IMG/VR virus record: IMGVR_UViG_3300045581_000594
Span: 717 to 64,716 of that record
Direction: 5' to 3' (one strand)
DNA from: a virus
Lineage: Duplodnaviria; Caudoviricetes
Length of the DNA stretch: 64,000 bases
Position 1 is the first letter of the stretch, and each line of letters begins with the position of its first letter. Position numbers and translations under genes: made by a program. The notes under the pieces are model-generated. The model was given only the letters and a program-made list of their open reading frames with translations. It was not told the DNA's origin and searched no databases. Below, piece after piece: positions 1 to 8,413 of this stretch.

Positions 1-284
1 CACTCATGGCTCCCTCCTTCCACGGCGGCGAGGGCTTTATCGGCTATTGATACCAACTCTACGCTGCCGCGACATGCACAACAAGAAGATCCTTCTGCAA
101 TCTTAAGCAAAGCCTCAGCCAGCCTGTCTCGTTGCTCGGTGACTGCGTTGAGTTCACGCTCTAGCTTTAAGCATAGCTCTGCCATGCGGTCGTAAGCATA
201 TTCGCTCATGTATCCGTCTATGCCGTCGAGGCAGTCGGATTTAATCATCGCATCTGTTCTCGGTGTGTCTGTTTCTGTATTCAT
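1..284 (-). CDS. DTPRTD-family small phage protein (stop codon truncated by window edge)
   Basis: Read by eye: MNTETDTPRTDAM...LERELNAVTEQRDRLAEAL...KALAAVKGGSHE; paralog of 661-1083 and 1076-1345. Confidence 0.8.
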   Translation of the reverse strand, partial: MNTETDTPRTDAMIKSDCLDGIDGYMSEYAYDRMAELCLKLERELNAVTEQRDRLAEALLKIAEGSSCCACRGSVELVSIADKALAAVEGGSHE

Positions 285-302
285 AATCTAATCGGTTAAA
301 TT

Positions 303-354
303 TTCGAACAGGTCGCATCAGTCGGCCTTTGGCGGCTGTGCTTGGCTGTTGGAG
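303..354 (+). mobile_element. attC-like recombination site 1
   Basis: R'' TTCGAAC (303-309), 5-nt spacer, L'' GCATCAGT (315-322), short stem-loop, L' GCTGTGC (335-341), 6-nt spacer, R' GTTGGAG (348-354); L''/L' pair with one extra base. Confidence 0.75.
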
Positions 355-668
355 CAAGGAAACGGACGCGAATCAAAACGCCATTTCCAAGGAAAAGTCA
401 GCGCGGCGAGGCTGTTTACTTTCCAGTAGCCAACAGGTCCATTCAGAATTATTCCGGGACATACCTCCCACAGTTCCGCTTCAATGCCGTTGTCGGTCTT
501 GCCGGGATATTTACTCGCCCACTCCCGATATACGGGGTCTTCATCCATCATGCGGGAGACCCACTTCTTGGCTATCGCCACATCATTAGGCGGTAAAAAA
601 GCTCCAACAATGCGATCCAGCGAATCGGCACCCGCTGGGCTCTCAGTGGTTTTCAGGTCATTACTCAT
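318..668 (-). CDS. Hypothetical protein, cargo of the attC cassette (antisense to attC orientation)
   Basis: 116-aa ORF coupled to the upstream stop (ATGAGTAA); begins in attC2 and ends in attC1. Confidence 0.75.
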   Translation of the reverse strand: MSNDLKTTESPAGADSLDRIVGAFLPPNDVAIAKKWVSRMMDEDPVYREWASKYPGKTDNGIEAELWEVCPGIILNGPVGYWKVNSLAALTFPWKWRFDSRPFPCSNSQAQPPKAD

Positions 669-733
669 TTGATAGGTTCCTTTCTTCGGCAGAGTTGGTT
701 GAGGGTGCCGATCCCTGATCGCTGACGTTCGTG
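602..733 (+). mobile_element. attC-like recombination site 2
   Basis: R'' CTCCAAC (602-608), spacer AATGC, L'' GATCCAGC (614-621), stem ATCGGCACCC/GGGTGCCGAT, L' CCTGATC (714-720), spacer GCTGAC, R' GTTCGTG (727-733); GCTCCAAC (601-608) is the exact complement of GTTGGAGC (348-355). Confidence 0.8.
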
Positions 734-1083
734 GTTAGGGATTGGATGGCTTCGCGGGCATCACTGTATTCTCCGCAACCGTCGCCAGTAATGAACGGCA
801 GACAGTTCCGCAGTGCCTTTGCCAGCCTGTCGCGCTGCTCGGTGACTTCCTTAATGGTATTCTCCAAGTGCTGATATTTTTCACACTGCCTTTCCATCCA
901 TTCTTCTTTAGACTCACCGTTGGCATACCAAGGCATCTCGGCACGGGCGGCGGTTAGTTCGCGTTCTATGGTGCGGCATAAGAAAGCATCTACTAATTGA
1001 CGATCATCACGCATGATTTCCATGCGCGTATCTTTCACGGTAAATACTCCTACGTCCGTCCTCGGTGTGTCTGATTCACTCAT
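661..1083 (-). CDS. DTPRTD-family small phage protein
   Basis: MSESDTPRTD...IERELT...VTEQRDRLA...IQSLTT; overlaps both neighbouring genes. Confidence 0.8.
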   Translation of the reverse strand: MSESDTPRTDVGVFTVKDTRMEIMRDDRQLVDAFLCRTIERELTAARAEMPWYANGESKEEWMERQCEKYQHLENTIKEVTEQRDRLAKALRNCLPFITGDGCGEYSDAREAIQSLTTNVSDQGSAPSTNSAEERNLSNE

Positions 1084-1345
1084 GGTCTTTAGTGGTTAGG
1101 GATTGAATTTCAGGATGTGCCGCGAGGAATCCATCAATAGTCATTTGCACTAAGACTCCACGTTTACACGCATCTGAAGTAACTGCCATCAATAAGCCAC
1201 GGACATCCTCAGCCAGCCTGTCGCGCTGCTCGGTGACGGCGTTTAGTTCTCGCTCAAGTTGTCGCCCTACATGGACTGACATTCCTGATCCTGCGTATGG
1301 CCATGCAGCCCATGCTTCATCTGTTCTCGGTGTGTCTGTTTTCAT
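1076..1345 (-). CDS. DTPRTD-family small phage protein
   Basis: MKTDTPRTD...LERELNAVTEQRDRLA...IQSLTTKDHE. Confidence 0.8.
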   Translation of the reverse strand: MKTDTPRTDEAWAAWPYAGSGMSVHVGRQLERELNAVTEQRDRLAEDVRGLLMAVTSDACKRGVLVQMTIDGFLAAHPEIQSLTTKDHE

Positions 1346-1533
1346 AAATCAATTATGTTGGTTATCATTACGGCGAAAGTGGACGATGCAAGCAGCGTCA
1401 TAGCCACATGAAAGCCAACCTCTGATCCGCGCTGGTCAAAATTAAATCCGCAACACCATGCGATAAACGCAGCGATGCAGCAGAAAAACACGAATAGAAA
1501 AATACCAAGCAGTATTCTGTATTTGAGGTTCAT
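1342..1533 (-). CDS. Small membrane protein (2 predicted TM helices)
   Basis: Two hydrophobic stretches; ATG at 1533 overlaps the upstream stop. Confidence 0.65.
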   Translation of the reverse strand: MNLKYRILLGIFLFVFFCCIAAFIAWCCGFNFDQRGSEVGFHVAMTLLASSTFAVMITNIIDL

Positions 1534-1715
1534 GGATCTCCTCCCTCCCATCGCAGCCCTACTTTCGAGAGGTAGCTGAGTAGTAAACTCTTGATCTTAT
1601 TGATGCGCTCGCGTTTTCGTAGTTCTCGTTCCCGCCGATTGGCGATAGCGTTCAGGAGTTGATAGGTCTCTATTTCGTCGCGTCCGAAGACAATCAATGG
1701 TTTGTTGATGCTCAT
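1530..1715 (-). CDS. Hypothetical protein
   Basis: 61-aa ORF in operon with A-rich leader. Confidence 0.55.
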   Translation of the reverse strand: MSINKPLIVFGRDEIETYQLLNAIANRRERELRKRERINKIKSLLLSYLSKVGLRWEGGDP

Positions 1716-1765
1716 ATTATTTTAGGTTACAAGGTTTGGTGTTTATTGGTTAGTTTGTTTTTCAA

Positions 1766-2842
1766 TTAGATCTTATCAGCTGCCTCTGGGGCGTTCACGA
1801 GGGTGGGCTTGATAAAGACGAGGCGTGTCTCTATCCTCCCCTTCCCGCAGCGGCGTCGAGCCATGTGCCCCCTTCTCCAGTGCATCTGCACAGATCCGCT
1901 GCCGCTCTCTCCGCTTTTTCTGTCGGAGCTAATGGAGCGGATACGCACTCCCAGCCAACGTGGTTGGAGAAACAGTAACTCACGTTTGCCATTCTTAGCC
2001 TTCCGGTGTTTTAATTTTTCAAGCCCGTCCACTAGCTCGATCTCGGCATTCATGGCGGTGAGTAGCTTTAACGCCCAGCCTACCGCTAAGGTTGCGGCGT
2101 TGATGCTTTCCTCGCGGCGGGCTTTGTCTTCATCTATGGTAAGACCATCAGCACTGTAAAGAGTGAAGGTATGGGTAGACGGGTCGGACACGACCCCCTC
2201 GGGAGTCACCAATAGCTTCGAGTAAAGACACGCCCCTTTGTTCGTGTAAGCAGTAACATAGAAGCGCGTTTTGTCGTCGCTTTGGTCTTTCGGAACAGTG
2301 AACCCGCAGGCTTCTATGTCCTTCAGACTCAAATGGGCACATCCGATCACAGTGATGTATTCATCTTCGCCTACCTGAATCGTGTCGTTCGGAATTACGA
2401 AGTAGCAGGACTTGAACGGGAGGCAAGCCTCGTTCTTGATGTTCGGGTCGGCCAAAGAATCGGTGCGCCCGAGCATCTCACACAGTCCCCTGCTCACTAC
2501 CCAGAAAGGGAACTCACAAGGCGCAGCGTAGCGGGAGACACACGTGGATGCTGTATGAGCTGTCAGGGCGTCAGCTAAGCGCACCCGATCTTCGTCAGTC
2601 ATAGCCAGATCAGCAATCTGAACCATCGCCTCGACAGACGCATATCCAATAGTGAACAAATCACGTAAGGCTGGCCATGAGATATACGAAGCAGGGATGC
2701 GGTAGTTGATGCCGGACAATCGTTTCAGAGGCGGAGTCGAGTCCACGATAACGTCGATGGTCGAAGCTACGACCTGTGTGAAAGCGGGATATGGCACTTT
2801 CGAGGCCGTGGCCATGAAGTCTAGGATGGGGTCTTTAGTCAT
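1766..2842 (-). CDS. Hypothetical protein with C-terminal HWRRGH motif
   Basis: 358-aa ORF; C-terminal MHWRRGHMARRRCG...LVFIKPTLV motif of a recurrent uncharacterised phage/plasmid family. Confidence 0.75.
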   Translation of the reverse strand: MTKDPILDFMATASKVPYPAFTQVVASTIDVIVDSTPPLKRLSGINYRIPASYISWPALRDLFTIGYASVEAMVQIADLAMTDEDRVRLADALTAHTASTCVSRYAAPCEFPFWVVSRGLCEMLGRTDSLADPNIKNEACLPFKSCYFVIPNDTIQVGEDEYITVIGCAHLSLKDIEACGFTVPKDQSDDKTRFYVTAYTNKGACLYSKLLVTPEGVVSDPSTHTFTLYSADGLTIDEDKARREESINAATLAVGWALKLLTAMNAEIELVDGLEKLKHRKAKNGKRELLFLQPRWLGVRIRSISSDRKSGESGSGSVQMHWRRGHMARRRCGKGRIETRLVFIKPTLVNAPEAADKI

Positions 2843-4175
2843 TGGTGATGCGGTGTAGGTTGTTGTATTTGGCGTGGTATTTGTCTAAGGCTTTCATCAC
2901 GGATTCCTCGACGGAACCTGCGGCAACGAGAACCCGTTGAAGGGCTGGAGACTTTGCTCCGGCACGATGGATGCGACCGAGCACTTGTCTGTAGGATTTG
3001 TAGTCGAAGGTCGGGGAGATCAGGCTGACCCTAGGGTGGCCCCCGTGAATGTCGTGGAGGGAGACTCCCACTCCACCCGCTGCGATGTTACAGATGATGA
3101 TCCGCGTGAGGTTGTTCTGGAACGATTGCACATGACGCTCACGTGAATCAGGATCTTGTCCTCCCACTACAACCGAGACATCGATCTTTCTCGTCTGGAA
3201 CACATCAAGCAGGGCGGCTACCGAATCTTTGAAATTCACGAAGATCGCAACGCTGTAGCCCTCTTCTCGGAGATCCATTGTCATCGTTTCGATCTCAGGG
3301 ATTTTCGCAATCTCCGCATACTGACGAGCGCGAAGGATCTCGGTGAGCGTGTGCGCTGAAGTAGGAGCTTCTCCCCCTGCTTCTTCGATCTGCTCACGCT
3401 CGATCATGGTTTCAACGATCTCAGGGGTGACGCCCAGCAATTCGTAATACTTCTGTATCTCTTTGGCAGAAGCGAAATCCAGCGGTTCGGTGATAATGTG
3501 GTTCTCGGTAAACGCATTAGGCAGGTCGGCAGCAGAAAGCCTACGGCAGTTCTTGCTGTAGAGTTGTTCTCCGAGCTGCTTGATCTTGTTTGGGATTCCA
3601 CCCTTCCAGTTGTTCCAAGGGTCACGGCGACAACCAAGCTCTTTCATCCAGCTGAACCAGCTGGGTTTGCCGTTGTGGGCTTTTTGAAGGCTATGCAGCC
3701 CAAGGGCATATCCGATAGCCCTCATCTCCGGAGGGGAGACGCATGCCGTTGCGCTGAGCATCAGGTTGTAACACCCGCCATCCACAGCGGCGATAAGCAT
3801 CGCCGAGTTCTGGGTGAAGGCTCCGGCACATTTGTGCACCTCGTCCCAGATCACCAGACAGTTTGAAGGTCCGGCCCATTTGAACGAACGTCTGCCGACT
3901 TTGGTGAACACGGAGTTTCCTCGGCGGAGTTTCTCGTAATTCGACACGACGACGACGTTCTTGACTCCGCGCTCGGCAAGCTCTCGCTTCCATTGCGGGA
4001 TGACGATCTTCATACAAACGACAACAACGGGCAGCCCTAGCTCAACGGCGACCGCAGCCGATATGACAGTCTTGCCTACGCCAGTTGCGGAGGTGTCGAG
4101 TGATGAGTTGTACCACAAAAGATTTTTCTTGTGGGCGTCGACGGAATCGCGCTGTGCTTGGAAGAGTTGTTTCAT
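2835..4175 (-). CDS. Superfamily 2 DNA helicase
   Basis: Walker A TGVGKT, DEVH, SAT and motif VI QVLGRIHRAG. Confidence 0.92.
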   Translation of the reverse strand: MKQLFQAQRDSVDAHKKNLLWYNSSLDTSATGVGKTVISAAVAVELGLPVVVVCMKIVIPQWKRELAERGVKNVVVVSNYEKLRRGNSVFTKVGRRSFKWAGPSNCLVIWDEVHKCAGAFTQNSAMLIAAVDGGCYNLMLSATACVSPPEMRAIGYALGLHSLQKAHNGKPSWFSWMKELGCRRDPWNNWKGGIPNKIKQLGEQLYSKNCRRLSAADLPNAFTENHIITEPLDFASAKEIQKYYELLGVTPEIVETMIEREQIEEAGGEAPTSAHTLTEILRARQYAEIAKIPEIETMTMDLREEGYSVAIFVNFKDSVAALLDVFQTRKIDVSVVVGGQDPDSRERHVQSFQNNLTRIIICNIAAGGVGVSLHDIHGGHPRVSLISPTFDYKSYRQVLGRIHRAGAKSPALQRVLVAAGSVEESVMKALDKYHAKYNNLHRITND

Positions 4176-4495
4176 GCGCTGATCGTTTCTTTTTGGTAGG
4201 TATTGAACCCGAACTCACTGATGGTGTTGAGTGCGCTTTTGGTAAGCTCGCCCTTGCGCCAACTTCTGGCGTTGTCCACGACCTCTTTGAGAGCCGCCAA
4301 TCTCTCCACCGCATCCTCAAGGGCAGCCTGTCTGCGATCTCTGGCTGTTCCTGCTACGGCTTCGGAGTATCTGGGACGCTTTGCCGAGGATACATATTGG
4401 ATGAATCGATAACCATTACGGCTAAGTCGAATGGAGAAGCCATCGAAAGAGTGCTTCTTTTCTGTCATTTCAGTGATATTTCTTGGGGTAGTCAT
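4172..4495 (-). CDS. Hypothetical basic protein, possibly AP2-like DNA-binding
   Basis: 107 aa; beta-beta-alpha-like pattern; overlaps the helicase start; fold call is weak. Confidence 0.55.
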   Translation of the reverse strand: MTTPRNITEMTEKKHSFDGFSIRLSRNGYRFIQYVSSAKRPRYSEAVAGTARDRRQAALEDAVERLAALKEVVDNARSWRKGELTKSALNTISEFGFNTYQKETISA

Positions 4496-4536
4496 GTTTG
4501 TTGGTTTGGTTGTTTGTAATGTGTCTGGGTTTGAAA

Positions 4537-4746
4537 TCAGTTCGCCAGATGCGGAGGATGCTCTGAGAGCGGATTGGGTATGGAGATACCAGTAAGTTGG
4601 AACACCATAACCTGCTGCTGGGTTTGGTCTGCTACCAACGCGGACGTTATCATAGCCTTGTCCAAGGTCATAAGGGGGGATGTGGTTTGCTGGTCTTTTG
4701 TCATTAAGATGAAAATACCATCGGGTGCTTTGTCAAAACTCGCCAT
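4537..4746 (-). CDS. Hypothetical protein
   Basis: 69-aa ORF downstream of a TTGACG-containing intergenic region. Confidence 0.55.
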   Translation of the reverse strand: MASFDKAPDGIFILMTKDQQTTSPLMTLDKAMITSALVADQTQQQVMVFQLTGISIPNPLSEHPPHLAN

Positions 4747-4885
4747 AGATTTAAGATGTTAGATTTGTTGATTCGGATTTGATTGAGAGACCTTGATACT
4801 GGGCTAACATCGATCCGTCAAATAATTTCTCCAATTATTTTTCACAAGCTAACACCACCCCCGTTCCGGATACAGGATACAGGGT

Positions 4886-5578
4886 TCAGTCGTCGGTAAC
4901 CTCGGCTTCGTATACAACCGAGTTCGCACCGCCCTTGGTGGCTTTGACGTTATTGAGAATGTTTACATCTATGGTAAGGGAGCTGCCCGCGCCACCCCCG
5001 CTGCCGTTATTGGACAAGCCCATAGAACGGCGAATGATCGCATCAAGCTCACCCAACTCCTTGACAGTTCGCGGGGGGCGGATGTTGCCCATGCTGTCCC
5101 GCAGGATACGGATACCCTGAGCAGCCACGTACGCCTGATACTGTTCTTGAGGCGAGCATTGCTTTTCCGCCATGTCCGTGATCTCTTTGTCCTCCAGTTG
5201 CTGGGCGATCTCTTTGGCAACCTCAACCGCCGCCTTCGCTTCGTTGGATAGTTTCGCCCTGAACGCATCGGGGTCTGGTTGGGTCTCTGGGATCTCAGGC
5301 TGTACCTCAACCTTGTGTTTCTTCTTCCAGTTGCTGATCGTCTGGGGGTCGACGTTGAGCTCTTTGGCGATGTCGGTAAGTTTGCGCCCCTCCTTAATCA
5401 TCCGCAATGCGTCTGCTAACTGCTTGGCTCTGGCTCGGCGTTTTGCTAGACGCTCCTCGTCCTTGGACATCGGCGGCCCATCGATGCCTAACTTGAGCAG
5501 CAGTTTCTTGCTTTTGGCTGACCGCTTCTCCTTGGCTACGATGTTCTTGTTGCGAAAGGTATTAGTTGACACGACCAT
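4886..5578 (-). CDS. HTH protein, probable terminase small subunit
   Basis: HTH RKLTDIAKELNVDPQTISNWKKK followed by a helical region; adjacent and divergent to TerL; true start may be GTG at 5572. Confidence 0.6.
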   Translation of the reverse strand: MVVSTNTFRNKNIVAKEKRSAKSKKLLLKLGIDGPPMSKDEERLAKRRARAKQLADALRMIKEGRKLTDIAKELNVDPQTISNWKKKHKVEVQPEIPETQPDPDAFRAKLSNEAKAAVEVAKEIAQQLEDKEITDMAEKQCSPQEQYQAYVAAQGIRILRDSMGNIRPPRTVKELGELDAIIRRSMGLSNNGSGGGAGSSLTIDVNILNNVKATKGGANSVVYEAEVTDD

Positions 5579-5636
5579 ATACTGGCATCTAATCTAAAAT
5601 CTTGTCAAATCATTTGATGTACTAGAATTACTTATC

Positions 5637-7445
5637 ATGGGACGCCGCAAAAAAGAAAATCCCGAGAAAACCACTCGATCCGTACTAGAGCCGTTCTTCG
5701 ACAAAGACGCACAGATGATGGACGTCGGCGGCTACTTAATCCCGCAATGCGCCACTCTAACCGCATGTCTGTGGGGTTTTGCCAACCACCCCACTGTCAA
5801 GGCCAAGGAGTTCTACTTCTGGAGGTGCGCCGATATTCTATGGAACAGAGACGATCTGCCCGAGCCGATGTTCATCAAGCACATGTGGGCGGAGAAGATC
5901 ATTCGGGAGTGTCTGGAGAACAAATACCTCGCCATCGGCGGGGCGGCTTCGTCCTCGAAGTCACACACGCTAGGCGGCTACGGGATCATTTCCTTCCTTG
6001 CCCAGCCCCGAGACGTGCTGGTTCTGATGACCTCAACCTCGCTGAGGGAAGCCCGTAAGCGGATCTGGGGATCGGTCATCAACCTGCTTTCGGTAATTGA
6101 CGGAGCTCCCGTGAACATTCGGGACTCGATCGGTAGTGCCAACTACGTGGATCAGAAGGGGGTCACCTACAACACGGCAGGATTGTCCCTGATCGCCGCT
6201 GAGAAGTCCCGAACACGGGAAGCCATCGGTCGGTTCATCGGTCTCAAGCAGAAGAAAGTGATCCTGATCGGTGACGAGCTGGGCGAACTGAGTCCGGCCA
6301 TCACGCAGGCCGCACTGTCCAACTTGTCGAAAAACCCGCAGTTCGAATACAAGGGTCTGAGCAACCCCGCATCCCGATTCGACGCCTTCGGCGACTGGGC
6401 TACCCCAGAGAACGGCTGGGAGTCCGTGACAATCGAGACCGACGATGAGTGGAAGACCAAATGGGGTGGGAAGTATATCCGCCTCGACGGGGAACGCAGC
6501 CCGAACATCCTCCTTGGTGAGGAGCGTTATCCGTTCCTCCCCACTCAGGCAAAGATCGACGAGGACAAAGCCCTGCTCGGTGAGAAGTCCAGAGCCTACT
6601 ACCGAATGGTTCGGGCGGTCTTCTTTGACAGTGACGAGGCTGAAGGGATCTACGGCGAGAATGAAATCGTCGCAGCTGGGGCAATGCAGCGGACGCAGTT
6701 TGTAGGCCCCATCACCCGTATCGTCGGGGTCGACCCCGCGTTTACCAACGGCGGCGACCGGACAGTGCTGTTCACAGCGGAGGTTGGGACGGATCAGAGC
6801 GGGCAATACGTTATTCAGTTTGGAGACTATCACTATTTGAATGATGACACCACCAACAAAGCCGTCCCCCGAACGTATCAGATTGTGCACGCCATCAAGG
6901 ACATGTGTGCCAAACTCGGGGTGAAGCCGGAGAACGTAGCGGTGGACGCCACGGGGGCAGGCTCTCCGTTTTGCGACGTTCTTGCGGGTGAGTGGAGTAA
7001 CGAGTTCCTGCGGGTCACCTTCGGCGGCTCCGCTTCCGACAAACGGGTCAGTATGAATAGCCAGCTTGTTGGTGACGAGCTGTATGTGAACAGGGTCAGC
7101 GAGCTGTGGATGACAGGCAAGGAGTTTCTCCGCACCCGTCAGATCCGTGGTATCTGTGCCGACTTGGCCAAGGAGATGTGCATGCGTCGCTACGACATGG
7201 TCAAGGGGACACGGCTGCGGGTGAAAATTGAGACGAAATCCGAGCTCAAGCAGCGGGTAGGGTTCTCCCCCGACTTGGCTGATGCCGCGTTCGTGGCACT
7301 GGAGCTTGCTCGCCAACGCCTCGGTATGATTGCCATCGACATGCCCAAGGAAGGGGAATCAGGGTTCGGGAAACAGGGTCCACTTATCACGATGAAGGAT
7401 CTCGACGTGGTGTCCCGCACTGACCACTCGACTCTTTACGACTAA
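5637..7445 (+). CDS. terL: Terminase large subunit
   Basis: Walker A-like GAASSSKS, Walker B ILIGDE, coupling motif LSNP, nuclease motifs VGVDPA and SPDLADA. Confidence 0.92.
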   Translation: MGRRKKENPEKTTRSVLEPFFDKDAQMMDVGGYLIPQCATLTACLWGFANHPTVKAKEFYFWRCADILWNRDDLPEPMFIKHMWAEKIIRECLENKYLAIGGAASSSKSHTLGGYGIISFLAQPRDVLVLMTSTSLREARKRIWGSVINLLSVIDGAPVNIRDSIGSANYVDQKGVTYNTAGLSLIAAEKSRTREAIGRFIGLKQKKVILIGDELGELSPAITQAALSNLSKNPQFEYKGLSNPASRFDAFGDWATPENGWESVTIETDDEWKTKWGGKYIRLDGERSPNILLGEERYPFLPTQAKIDEDKALLGEKSRAYYRMVRAVFFDSDEAEGIYGENEIVAAGAMQRTQFVGPITRIVGVDPAFTNGGDRTVLFTAEVGTDQSGQYVIQFGDYHYLNDDTTNKAVPRTYQIVHAIKDMCAKLGVKPENVAVDATGAGSPFCDVLAGEWSNEFLRVTFGGSASDKRVSMNSQLVGDELYVNRVSELWMTGKEFLRTRQIRGICADLAKEMCMRRYDMVKGTRLRVKIETKSELKQRVGFSPDLADAAFVALELARQRLGMIAIDMPKEGESGFGKQGPLITMKDLDVVSRTDHSTLYD

Positions 7446-7501
7446 TGTGTTTGACATGAGATTCGGTAAGAACGAATATCCCAGCACAAACCTAAAAAGT
7501 T

Positions 7502-7684
7502 ATGCCCAAACCAAAATCAACAGTAAATGCCGCTGGCAACTACACAAAGCCAGAGATGCGTAAGACCCTGTTCAAGAGAATCAAAGCTGGTAGCTCCGGC
7601 GGCGATGCAGGTGAGTGGTCAGCCCGAAAGGCGCAACTTCTCGCCAAAGAGTATAAAGCCAAAGGCGGCGGTTACACCTCATGA
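7502..7684 (+). CDS. Small Lys-rich protein, DUF5872-like N-terminal half
   Basis: YTKPEMRK...GEWSARKAQLLAKEYKAKGGGY. Confidence 0.75.
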   Translation: MPKPKSTVNAAGNYTKPEMRKTLFKRIKAGSSGGDAGEWSARKAQLLAKEYKAKGGGYTS

Positions 7685-7911
7685 AGAAGTCCCAGAAATC
7701 ACTGAAGGATTGGATGGAGCAGAAATGGCGTACGGCGGACGGCTCCCCCAGCGAAGGCAAGAAACGCTACCTACCTGACAAAGCGTGGGATGCGCTCACT
7801 CCCAGTGAGAAGAGAGCGACCAATCAGGCAAAAGCCAGAGGCAACGCCCAAGGCAAGCAGTTTGTAGCCCAGCCCAAGGCGATTGCCAAAAAAACATCCA
7901 GATACCGATAA
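7681..7911 (+). CDS. Small Lys-rich protein, DUF5872-like C-terminal half
   Basis: QKSLKDW..QKWRT...RYLPDKAW..L...EK.AT...GKQFV; ATGA overlap with the previous gene. Confidence 0.75.
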   Translation: MKKSQKSLKDWMEQKWRTADGSPSEGKKRYLPDKAWDALTPSEKRATNQAKARGNAQGKQFVAQPKAIAKKTSRYR

Positions 7912-7966
7912 GGCGTGTATCTCATAATCCTTTTGACTAGTAATGGAATAAGTGGTAAAGCAGGGT

Positions 7967-8413
7967 ATGAACTACCCCATGCCGCCTGTTGACTTTGACG
8001 AACTCGAAAAAGATGCTCTCGGCAGTGTGAAGGAGGAACTGGCCGAATCCACTGTAGCTGAGATTCTCAAGCAAGGCATATCCCTAGGTATGCTGCTCGG
8101 TAAGAGCTACAAAAAGAAAGAGGAAGCCGACGACGAAGAGGAGGACGAGGACGAGGAAGAGGAAGAGGAAGGTAAGGAAGACGACGAGATGCCTGAGGGG
8201 TGTGGTCACCCGTCCCCCAAACACGATCTCGTCGCCATGTTGCTCGGACGCAGGGGGCAGGGTATGTTCCCGATGAAACCGAAGTCCTACCAAGACCCAA
8301 CGGGCGAACCTCAAATGGTTCCTGTCGATGAGAAAAAAAGGAGCAAGTCATCCCCTATGATGGTGATCGCTATCTCACCGAAGAAAAGAAAACAAGGCGG
8401 GTTCTTCGGCTAA
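7967..8413 (+). CDS. Hypothetical protein with poly-Glu/Asp tract
   Basis: EEADDEEEDEDEEEEEEGKEDDE; TTGACT-17-TAAAGC promoter 5 nt upstream of ATG 7967. Confidence 0.7.
   Translation: MNYPMPPVDFDELEKDALGSVKEELAESTVAEILKQGISLGMLLGKSYKKKEEADDEEEDEDEEEEEEGKEDDEMPEGCGHPSPKHDLVAMLLGRRGQGMFPMKPKSYQDPTGEPQMVPVDEKKRSKSSPMMVIAISPKKRKQGGFFG

Noticed and set aside
1-38. Direct terminal repeat or assembly overlap with 63875-63912
   Set aside because: Two mismatches, divergent flanks, and the second copy is not at the end; better explained as a paralog junction.
6033-7316. 427-aa antisense ORF inside terL, and similar shadow ORFs (60928-61881, 43609-44307, many within the giant gene)
   Set aside because: They lie opposite well-supported genes, lack motifs, and are expected from codon bias in GC-rich sequence.
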